Shown one piece after another: positions 10,005 to 19,100 of a DNA stretch of 64,000 nt (within the stretch, counting starts at the first letter, position 1; every line of letters starts with the position of its first letter). The DNA is from a virus. Below the pieces are notes generated by a model. That model worked only from the letters and a program-made list of their open reading frames with translations. It was not told the DNA's origin and ran no database searches. The stretch covers positions 1 through 64,000 of the IMG/VR virus record IMGVR_UViG_3300017917_000400; one strand, 5' to 3'. The translations under genes were made by a program, and so were the position numbers.

Positions 10005-10578
10005 TTTATGGTTCCCTACAGCAATACTATATGATACGGTAGAAAATGCCGACGATCTAAATAAAAAATTGCTGGAGAGAATTGAAGAAATTAGAAATAC
10101 AATTCCAGCCGGTGGAAGAAATTGGTTGGGGAAACCTTACAATACCTGCGGAACATTAGACATTTCAAAAGATCCTAGTTTTGAAATTATAGTAAAAGAA
10201 ATATCTAAACGTGTACATCATTATGCTAATCGGTTAGGTATAGATACTGCTCGACATCGATTTACTGCCGAAGATGGTTGGTTGAACATTTATAAACAGA
10301 GCGATTTTCAAGAATATCATCACCATGCTACATATCAGTTTTCTGCTGTATATTATGTAAAAGTTCCAGAAAATAGCAGTGAGATTATTTTTGAAAGTCC
10401 AGCACCGCCTGATATGAATCCGTTACCTATTACACTACATAGTCATTTAACAGATCAGCGGGCTCGCTATCCCGTTAAAGCAGGGGATATTGTAATATTT
10501 AGAAGCAACATTAGACACTGTGTTCCTGCACACCAAGGCACAGATGAGAGAATTAGTCTAGCGTTTAATTTTAAATGA
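9994..10578 (+). CDS. Putative 2OG-Fe(II) oxygenase (TIGR02466-like)
   Basis: LWFPTAI, WLNIY...QEYHHH...FSAVYYV, IFRSNIRHCV, ERISLAFN. Start is ATG 9994 or 9988. Confidence 0.8.
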   Translation: MRFDLWFPTAILYDTVENADDLNKKLLERIEEIRNTIPAGGRNWLGKPYNTCGTLDISKDPSFEIIVKEISKRVHHYANRLGIDTARHRFTAEDGWLNIYKQSDFQEYHHHATYQFSAVYYVKVPENSSEIIFESPAPPDMNPLPITLHSHLTDQRARYPVKAGDIVIFRSNIRHCVPAHQGTDERISLAFNFK

Positions 10579-10579
10579 T

Positions 10580-12073
10580 ATGAAATTTCTAGGCCTTAGA
10601 CTGTGCGATCATGATTCAAATATAACATATACCGACGGTGTTAATGTTAGGTATATAAAGTCTGAGCGAATTCATCAGATAAAACATCACGGTTATAATA
10701 ATTTTGATGGATACATTGAAGATATTAAAAACTGGAATATTAATTTCGATGAACTAGATGCAGTGGCCATTTGTGTTGATCAGCACAAACTAAATTTTGA
10801 AAAACAAGATGTTTTGTGGCAACTGGCTCCTAATTTTTTGCCTGGCATAACTTGTCCTATTTACATAATTGATCATCACTATGCACATTCATTGAGTTGC
10901 TGGCCTGTTGTTGATGTGGACACAGTCGATACTGCGTTTGTATTCGATGGTGTTGGTGATTTTCAAATTACCAATTCTATTTTTAAAAAAGACGAACGAA
11001 TTTCTAAATCAAACGTTTCAGGTGTTGGCGTATTGCTGTCAATGTGGGGAAACTTTATAGGAATAGAAGGCCATCCGCTAGATGTTAGTGGAAAAGTTAT
11101 GGCGCTAAAGTCTTACGGAAAAGTTAATAAAGAATTTCTTGATAAATTTTCAAATCTAGATATACTAGACGCTTCAAAAGTATTCTATCTTCAAAATTGG
11201 ATACCGTATCTTAGAGCAGATTCGAGTAGCCTCGAAGGAATTAAACCAGGAAGTCTAGATTGGATTGCATCTATACACCAATGGATTGAAGATAAAATTC
11301 CTGAGTATTTTTTAAAGTTTGCAAATCCTAACGATGTAATCACATTTTCGGGCGGTGTTGCACAAAACATTTGTGTAAACAGTCGTCTTAAAAAAGTTTT
11401 TAAAAACTTACACATTATTCCACATAATCCCGACGACGGATTGTCATTAGGGTGTGTAGAATTTCTGCGAAGAAAATTTAATCAACCAAAATTTAACAAT
11501 GATAATTTTCCGTTTTGGCAAGATGAAACAAGTCCTGACATTCCTAGTAACGAAACAATTGAAAAAATTGCAGAGTATCTTGCTGAAGGAAAAATTGTTG
11601 GGTGGTTTCAGGGACAAGGAGAGATTGGTCCAAGAGCATTGGGCAACAGATCAATTCTAATGCGACCAGATATTCCTAATGGAAAAGATATTATTAATAA
11701 AAGAGTAAAATTTAGAGAAAGTTATAGACCGTTTGGTTGTAGTGTTTTAGAAAATAAAACACAAGAATATTTTGAGTGTGATTATTCTAGTCCTTATATG
11801 TTGTATGCTGTTCCAGTAAAAGACCATTTGCTTTTAGAATCTATTACACACGTAGACGGAACTAGCAGAATACAAACAGTTAACGATTCTCAACCTGTAT
11901 TTTTTAATTTGTTGTCCAAATTTTACGAAAAAACTGGATTGCCTGTTTTGTTAAACACATCTTTAAACGTCAATAAAAAACCCATTGCGTCAACTAGTGA
12001 ACATGCAATGGGTGTTTTTGAAACTACAGAATTAGATGTGCTCTGTATTGGAAATAAAATTATTGTTAAATAA
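10580..12073 (+). CDS. O-carbamoyltransferase (NodU/CmcH/TobZ family)
   Basis: HDS, HHYAH, DGVGD, GKVMAL, GGVAQN, EIGPRALGNRSIL, KFRESYRPF, HVDGTSRIQTV, LLNTSLN. Confidence 0.92.
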   Translation: MKFLGLRLCDHDSNITYTDGVNVRYIKSERIHQIKHHGYNNFDGYIEDIKNWNINFDELDAVAICVDQHKLNFEKQDVLWQLAPNFLPGITCPIYIIDHHYAHSLSCWPVVDVDTVDTAFVFDGVGDFQITNSIFKKDERISKSNVSGVGVLLSMWGNFIGIEGHPLDVSGKVMALKSYGKVNKEFLDKFSNLDILDASKVFYLQNWIPYLRADSSSLEGIKPGSLDWIASIHQWIEDKIPEYFLKFANPNDVITFSGGVAQNICVNSRLKKVFKNLHIIPHNPDDGLSLGCVEFLRRKFNQPKFNNDNFPFWQDETSPDIPSNETIEKIAEYLAEGKIVGWFQGQGEIGPRALGNRSILMRPDIPNGKDIINKRVKFRESYRPFGCSVLENKTQEYFECDYSSPYMLYAVPVKDHLLLESITHVDGTSRIQTVNDSQPVFFNLLSKFYEKTGLPVLLNTSLNVNKKPIASTSEHAMGVFETTELDVLCIGNKIIVK

Positions 12074-12569
12074 TTTCTGGTGGCGTGTAAGGGTATGTCT
12101 TAGAAGGCAAACTAATATCTGGGTTTTGCATTATAGTAAAATCTGGAAATGCTCCCTTTAATGTACCTAATGCAGATCCTCTCCAAGGTAATGAGGGATC
12201 CTGTTTAGGAAATTGCTCTTTAATTGCCTTAACATCGTCATACATTGGTTGAATTTTTGGGATTAATCCATCATCCATTGCATGCCATAATGCGTCTAAC
12301 TGAGATTCTAAAGTAGGATATGCTGTTTTTCTCAGCATCTTATATTTGACTTTTTCATCCCACTCTGTTTGTATTTGATTTAAGTAAGACTCAACTTCTT
12401 CTTTAGTTGGTGGAACCCAGTCAGAATCTTCTGGATGTTGCCATACAACATGCTCATAATCATATTCTCCCGTTTCTGGGTTTTGATCGCTTCTAAAACA
12501 CGCACCTGGACACATTAAAGCAAGTGCTTCAATAAGTTGCGGTCTTGTTACAAATGAAAATCCTGGCAT
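12066..12569 (-). CDS. Putative tail-fibre assembly chaperone (XkdW/Tfa-like)
   Basis: ALALMCPGA...W...PPTKEEV...RKTAYPTLESQLDALWH...IKEQFPK; lies immediately after the fibre genes. Confidence 0.6.
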   Translation of the reverse strand: MPGFSFVTRPQLIEALALMCPGACFRSDQNPETGEYDYEHVVWQHPEDSDWVPPTKEEVESYLNQIQTEWDEKVKYKMLRKTAYPTLESQLDALWHAMDDGLIPKIQPMYDDVKAIKEQFPKQDPSLPWRGSALGTLKGAFPDFTIMQNPDISLPSKTYPYTPPEII

Positions 12570-12593
12570 TATTAAATCTCCGTTCTCTGTTAT

Positions 12594-13250
12594 TTATTGT
12601 CTAATTTCTGTGATTCTTCCAAAACAGACACCATTTTCGTGATTGTTTTGTCCGCCTGAACCAGTAATACGGTTCATATTAAATGTTCGTGTACCGCCAT
12701 CGGTACTAGCAAATGCTGGTTCGTAATAAATTGCCGATGTAGTGGCTGGGAAATCATAGAATAAAATCTTTACTGATTTTGGTGTACTATTGTTGTCTGG
12801 ATCATACCATGCGGCATTAATAAAACTATGATTATTTCTACCGCTGTTGTTATTGTATCCGCCACTGCCAAAGTCTACTGATCCGTTACGTGCTACACGA
12901 ACACCCGCATCGTGGTTGTTTGGTTCGCCGTGTATAAACCACTCGCAGATAATAAGACTGTTTGAATACTGTGGTGTTATGTTTAGTCTTAATACTGTGG
13001 CAAGATTTCCTGGATAACTAGTTGGCATACTATATTGTGGTCGTGGGTCATATCGAATAACTGATGTTTGGATTACCGCACCGGTATAATTCATATTAGC
13101 GCGACCGATTGCACCGTCGGCTATAGAAGCATTTGTAATTCCCAGAGCAGATAAACTAGAATTGGGTAAACTATTTAAAGATGCTCCGGATCCACTTAGG
13201 GTAGTAGCCGAAACACTACCATTAATTGTTGTTCCTTGTAACTGTGCCAT
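12594..13250 (-). CDS. Short fibre / receptor-binding tip protein, paralogue 3
   Basis: GAVIQT...RYDPRP...ITPQYSNSLIICEW...HENGV.FGRITEIRQ, shared with the two neighbouring genes. Confidence 0.6.
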   Translation of the reverse strand: MAQLQGTTINGSVSATTLSGSGASLNSLPNSSLSALGITNASIADGAIGRANMNYTGAVIQTSVIRYDPRPQYSMPTSYPGNLATVLRLNITPQYSNSLIICEWFIHGEPNNHDAGVRVARNGSVDFGSGGYNNNSGRNNHSFINAAWYDPDNNSTPKSVKILFYDFPATTSAIYYEPAFASTDGGTRTFNMNRITGSGGQNNHENGVCFGRITEIRQ

Positions 13251-13259
13251 CCTTTATCC

Positions 13260-13931
13260 TTATTGTCTAATCTCTGTAATTCGGCCAAAACTTACACCAT
13301 TTTCATGGTTAACTTGTCCCGAACTTCCTACTGTTCTATTAAGGAAGAATGTTCTAGTACCGCCATCGTTGCTACCGTACACAGGATCATATGTTCTAGT
13401 AGCAGTGCTTCCTGGAACATCATAATATGTTAGTAAAGAACATGTTGGTGTAGAACCTTGATCCTGGTCGTAAAATGTATCTCCTAATAGATATGAGTGA
13501 CTGTTTTGACCTACGTTACTATTATATGTTGGGTATGATCCACCTACTAGGTTACCACTGTTAATAGAAACAAACCAACCCGAATCGTGGTTGCCTGCTT
13601 CGCCGTGTATCCACCACTCGCAGACAATTAAACTATTAGAATATTGTGGAGTGATAGTAAGTCTTAGTTCTTGTATTCTTGTTCCGCCGGTGGTGCCGTT
13701 AGTTGGTCCGCTGTATGTTGGTCTAGGATCATATCTAATTACGTTTGTTTGTAAAACTGCGCCAGCAAAATTTAATTTGCCTCTTGTTACTGCATTAGCG
13801 TTGAATTGAGCATTTGCTAATGTATTGCCGTTAAGATTTGACGAGGTTAAACTAGTTACCCCGTTGCCGTTTCCGCTGAACGTAGTAGCAGATAGTGTAC
13901 CCGAAACCGACGATCCTTGTAGTGTTGCCAT
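13260..13931 (-). CDS. Short fibre / receptor-binding tip protein, paralogue 2
   Basis: Same architecture; ends GRITEIRQ. Confidence 0.6.
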   Translation of the reverse strand: MATLQGSSVSGTLSATTFSGNGNGVTSLTSSNLNGNTLANAQFNANAVTRGKLNFAGAVLQTNVIRYDPRPTYSGPTNGTTGGTRIQELRLTITPQYSNSLIVCEWWIHGEAGNHDSGWFVSINSGNLVGGSYPTYNSNVGQNSHSYLLGDTFYDQDQGSTPTCSLLTYYDVPGSTATRTYDPVYGSNDGGTRTFFLNRTVGSSGQVNHENGVSFGRITEIRQ

Positions 13932-13940
13932 CTTCTATCC

Positions 13941-14600
13941 TTATTGTCTAATCTCTGTAATGCGTCCCCAACTTACACCGTTTTCGTGGTTGTTTTGACC
14001 GCCACTGCTAATTGGTCTATTTTGAAAATATGTTCTTGTATTACCGTCATTGCTGCCTACCTGCGGGTCATAAAAGACCGAAGAGGTAGTTCCTGGAAAA
14101 TCATAAAACAAGAAACTAGGTGATTGCGGTGTTGAGCTATCGTCCGAGTCGTACCACTCTGAGTTGATATAACTGTGATTGTTGTTTCCGGTATCTGTAT
14201 TGTGTCCCGCATAGGTTCCGGTTAATAAAGAACCGTTTCGAGCTACTCTAAATCCACAGTCATGACTGCCTGCTTCGCCGTGCAATCTCCACTCACAGAT
14301 AATAAGACTGTTTGAATAAGTTGGGGTAATAGTTAAACGCATACTTGACACCAGTGTGCCGTTGCCAGTGGGTGCGCTCCATCCTGGTCTAGGATCATAG
14401 CGTATTAGGATAGTCTGTAATACTGCACCAGCATAGCCCATTTTTGTACGACCAATTGTATTGTCTGCAATTTTATCGTTGGTTATTGCACCGCCAACAA
14501 AGGCTGTTCCTGGAATACTGCTTAAACTACCACCAGAACCGCTGATAGTTCCTGTAACTGTTAATGTTCCGTTAACTGATGTTGCTTGCAGTGTTGCCAT
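13941..14600 (-). CDS. Short fibre / receptor-binding tip protein, paralogue 1
   Basis: Same architecture; ends GRITEIRQ. Confidence 0.6.
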   Translation of the reverse strand: MATLQATSVNGTLTVTGTISGSGGSLSSIPGTAFVGGAITNDKIADNTIGRTKMGYAGAVLQTILIRYDPRPGWSAPTGNGTLVSSMRLTITPTYSNSLIICEWRLHGEAGSHDCGFRVARNGSLLTGTYAGHNTDTGNNNHSYINSEWYDSDDSSTPQSPSFLFYDFPGTTSSVFYDPQVGSNDGNTRTYFQNRPISSGGQNNHENGVSWGRITEIRQ

Positions 14601-14602
14601 AT

Positions 14603-15757
14603 TTACTTAATACCCTTTAATTCGTTAATTTCTTGTTTAAGTGACTTAATTGATTCAACCAAGTAGGCTGTTAATTTAGTGTATTTAATACCGTGTGGCT
14701 TACCGTTACTGTCCAAACTGACTAATTCTGGGGCATGTTTATAAACGTGTTCAGCAATTAATCCTGTTTCGTGTTCTTTATTATCTTTACGATCATAAGT
14801 AACACCCATTAATTGTAATACTGTCTCTAAAGCATTTTCTAAAGGATTAATATTTTCTTTAAACTGGATACTAGATGTTTCAACTAGTGTAGTTGCGGTA
14901 ACTTGACCACCTACACCTAATCCTCCAGTAATTGTTAGCGCACCTGTGCCTGTAGTACTCGATGCTGTGTTAGAACTAATACTGTGTGTTCCTGATGCTA
15001 GAGTCAAAGAAAACGTACTATTAGCAGTCAGTGAAGTAAAAGATCCCGAACCTCTAGTACTTGCTCCAATATTCATATTATTAATATTGCCGGTTGAGCC
15101 TGAAGTAATAGTTACAGTGCCTGCAGGATTCAGCGTAACAGTGCCTGAACCTGTTGGCGCAAAGTTAACTGTTTGATTACTAGCAGTGGCACTAATATTA
15201 CCGTTCATAGTAGTAGTTTGGCCAGCAGTTCCCAGTGTCAATGTGCTAGAACCAGTAAGACTGATAGCACCGCCTGGGTTCATTGTTAATGTACTTGCTG
15301 GACTAACAGTTACAGTTCCTGTGCCGCTTGGGCTAATTGTAACGTTGTTACTCGCTGGATTTAGGGTAATTGCACCACCTGAAATGTCTGCACCGCCTTG
15401 AACTGTTAACGAACTACTAAATGTTCCACTAGTAGCAAATAACGGGCCGCCTTGATTATGTACTACTACGTAATTTGATCCGTTTGATTCTAGATAAGCA
15501 GTAGTATTTGTTGGTAGAACATACGTTGTTCCTGGTGTTCCGATCGCTCCAATAATATTGGCAGTGCTACTTAATGTTACTGCACCAGATGCACCGTTGT
15601 AAAACGCAATTTGTTTACCTATATTACCGGGAATACTAGGTAAGGTTACAGTATATGTTGTTCCCGATAATACCACAAACAGATCGTCTATTAAATCTGG
15701 TAATGTAGTAACTCCGGTAACTGAAAATACTGGATTTGTAGTTAAGTATCTTGCCAT
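14603..15757 (-). CDS. Tail fibre with C-terminal intramolecular chaperone (peptidase S74-like)
   Basis: Thr/Gly/Ser-rich shaft, TGALTITGGLGVGG, then TSSIQFKENI...GLIAEHV...PELV...YTKLTAYLVESIKSL coiled coil. Confidence 0.8.
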   Translation of the reverse strand: MARYLTTNPVFSVTGVTTLPDLIDDLFVVLSGTTYTVTLPSIPGNIGKQIAFYNGASGAVTLSSTANIIGAIGTPGTTYVLPTNTTAYLESNGSNYVVVHNQGGPLFATSGTFSSSLTVQGGADISGGAITLNPASNNVTISPSGTGTVTVSPASTLTMNPGGAISLTGSSTLTLGTAGQTTTMNGNISATASNQTVNFAPTGSGTVTLNPAGTVTITSGSTGNINNMNIGASTRGSGSFTSLTANSTFSLTLASGTHSISSNTASSTTGTGALTITGGLGVGGQVTATTLVETSSIQFKENINPLENALETVLQLMGVTYDRKDNKEHETGLIAEHVYKHAPELVSLDSNGKPHGIKYTKLTAYLVESIKSLKQEINELKGIK

Positions 15758-15772
15758 AGTCTATGCTACCTC

Positions 15773-16105
15773 TTATGTAATTGATGTTTCAATACCATAC
15801 ACCATAGCATTAACTTGAGTCGCCGCGCTGGCTACACATACAATGTTTTGGCCTGCCTGTGCTACTAATCCTGTTCTTTCAAACGTCGATTTAGGTGGTA
15901 TAGGCTGATCGTATTCGATGTATTCTGCTGTACTAGGTGTAGTTGTGGTTGCAATAGCCAATCTAACTGTAACTGTTGAAGTTCCAGTGTTGCATAATGA
16001 CACATTGAATACCGAATAATACCCAGTAGGAACAGTATATAGTGTAGTGTTTGTTAAAAGAACGTTGCCAACTTGTATTGGTGACGCTAATCTTCCTGTT
16101 GCCAT
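15773..16105 (-). CDS. Small beta-rich virion protein (110-aa family, copy 1)
   Basis: TLYTVP...VSLCN...IPPKSTF...LV; similar to 33925-34254 and 42826-43164. Confidence 0.6.
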   Translation of the reverse strand: MATGRLASPIQVGNVLLTNTTLYTVPTGYYSVFNVSLCNTGTSTVTVRLAIATTTTPSTAEYIEYDQPIPPKSTFERTGLVAQAGQNIVCVASAATQVNAMVYGIETSIT

Positions 16106-16123
16106 GTTATAATTTCTCCATTT

Positions 16124-19100
16124 TTATCTTTGCATAAAGAATCCAAGTGCAACGGGAGCCCCGTCAATGCCACCTGTAAAATTCATTCTACTTGTAACGC
16201 TAATACCTTCGCCTGTTGTAGTACTTATGCTGTTTCCAGCAATATATATTACACCGGATGTCAGTGTATTTACGTTTAGAGCACTTTGTCCTCCACCAAT
16301 CTGTGCAGTGATATATGCTCTAATTGCTCGTTGTGTTGGCACAACGTTATCGCTATCAGCAGTAAAGAACGGATCTGTACTAAACTGCGTGATAATTGCA
16401 CTGTCAATTCCTAATTCAATTGAGCCTAATTGCAAACTATTCAAACCGCTTAGGTTAAACGCTGAAGCATTTAATGTAGCAGTACCAGTTGCCTGTTGAA
16501 CTCCGAACAAGTTACCAACGTTGAAGTTACCGTCTTGGTCAGTACTTGTAAAGAATACTCGTCCACCATTAGTAAACAGTTCTTGATTAGCCTGTATTGC
16601 TGTTGTGATATCCACATTTGGATAGTTTGTTTGTGTTTGATTACCAGTACCAATGTATAGATAATCGTGACCAGTTAAACGAACCTGTGAATATTTCAAT
16701 CTTGTTGTGATTAAATCTCCGTGTCTCGGAGCATTTAATGTTGTTAGGCTTGGATTGATCTGGAATGTTGCTTTATATGTTCCTTGATTATCTCCATCCT
16801 CAACATAGTTTGTTACTGCAACAAGTTTATAGTATTCGCCAGGAATATTTGCAAACTCTACGTTTGCACCTGCTGTAGGTTCTTCACTTAGTCCAGACAC
16901 GTTAACAAAAGTGCTGACTTGATATAGATCACTATAGCCATCGCCCACTGTATCACTTGTAGCAGTAGCATTGTCTGCACCTCTATTACTGAAACTTGGA
17001 TTACCTAATGCACCGTCACCTAAACGTACACGGAATGCCGCAGTTTTAACCTTGTTAGGATCTGTTACAGTAAAGATTGGACCTGCACGATAAGTCATTC
17101 CTGTGATGGTTGCTGTTGATAATGTAACAGCGGTTGCACTGTACTGTGTAGCACTTACTTTAAACTGTGTACTTGTAATAGTAGATCCAATTACATAATA
17201 TGTTTGTTCTTCAACTAACCCGCCAGCACTAGTACCAAAGAATTCAACTGGTTGTCCGTCAACTAAGTTAGTTGTATCGTCGACAGTAATCAGATTAGTT
17301 GAAGTAGTTGTAGCACTTACTGTACCATATGGATATCCAGAACCTGGATCTACCATTCTGACTTCAATTACAGTACCGCTGGCCACTTTAACACGACCCA
17401 ATGACTGAGCACCAGTTCTAATACTTGCGCCGATTGTGCCAGAAGTATTAGATACAGCAACCCACAATGGGCGGGAATTAATAGTACCAAATTCTAATGC
17501 CTGCCAGTTACTTGAACTAGGCATTGCTCTTAGAGTCCATGTAATACCATCTGGGCTTGTTGCCGCTGTAGTACCTCCGCTGGCTACTGCAAAGAACAAT
17601 CCTTGACCGTATTTGATCTGTGTCCAAGTAGCACTTGCTGGTAATTGACTTGCACTTAGTACCCATGATAGGCCTTTATCATAACTAACTGCAACGTTTC
17701 TTGTACCAGTTGCGATAGCAACAAATCTTCCGTTACCATATGCAACACTGTTCCATGTTGAACTTGTTGGTAGATTACCGCCTGCGGTCCAACTTGTACC
17801 GTTTGTAGAATATGCTGTAGCCACGTTGCCTGTTGAAATAGCAACAAATGTTCCGTTACCATAGGCTACACCACTGTAAGTTCCTGAACCTAAAGTTGGG
17901 ATTGTTCTTGAGGTCCATAAACTACCTGTTGCACTAGATGCCGCGCTGGCTGTTCCGCCAACTATTACATATACTCCGCCACCGTAGGCAATTCCTGCAA
18001 AATCCGTTGCAGGTAGTGCTGTACCGGCTGTCCATGCGCTGGCTCCGGTAACTCCTGATCGTGTAGTATAGGCATTATTCGAACTGCCGCTGGCGATAGC
18101 AACATATCTTGCTCCGCTATCTAATATAGTAATAGCCGGAACAGATGAATAACCTTGTCCGCTATAGTTAATTGCATAACTGCTGACACCATAATTAGTT
18201 CTTGTTGGTGTGACCACTGCGGTAGTACCGATGAACAATAAGGTTGCTGTACCGTTAGCAGCCGATCCAGATGTATGTGTAGGTCCTGTGGTAGTTAATG
18301 TTCCGCCTGTGGTTGCACGATACCAGTTCTTACGGTTCGGTGTAACAGTGGTATTAGTGTAGTAAATGATATCATTTAATGATACAGAACCTCCACTGCT
18401 CCACGCAGTACCAGTAAACGGATCATCAATAGTGACTGTTGGGTCACTAAAGTAATTTTTACCCCAGTCGTTGGCAATGATATCAGTTACTCGATCTGTG
18501 GCCACGCTCACTGTTGGTGCTACGCTATAGCCTGAACCAGGAACTGTAACAGTTACAGTTGCTATAGCGCCGTTTAGTACTGTACAGGTAGCCACTGCTC
18601 CCGATCCACCGCTAACTGGTGTAAACACAATAACAGGAGGTGTTGTGTAGCCAGCACCGCCGTCGACGATTGTTACTGTAGACACTTGGTCTGCTGTTGG
18701 GTTACCTAGTGTATTAGCAACGCCTAAGTTTGCTGTTAATACGGCACCTCTACCGCCGAATCCGCCAACAACTACTGTAGCCACTGCGGCTTCACCACCA
18801 CCATAAACAACATCTATCCAGGTAGCACTTGTTGGCAATGCTCCGGCATTGGCCCAAGTAGTGCCGTTGGTACTATAAGATGTACTTGTTCCGCCATTGG
18901 CTATGGCAACATATTTTCCATCACCAAATGTAACATCTCTCCAAGTTGCTGTTGCACTTAAAGTTCTTGATGTTGCTGTATATCCAGGTGCAGAATAGTT
19001 AATTCTTGGTTCAATAATATAAGTTGTTGTAAGGTCAAGTATGTTATCAATCGCTGTTCCAGGAACAACATGATCCCACCCAGCAGCCAATATATTCATA

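Noticed and set aside
12594-14600. Diversity-generating retroelement target repeats
   Set aside because: No reverse transcriptase or template repeat in the window, and differences between copies are not adenine-specific.
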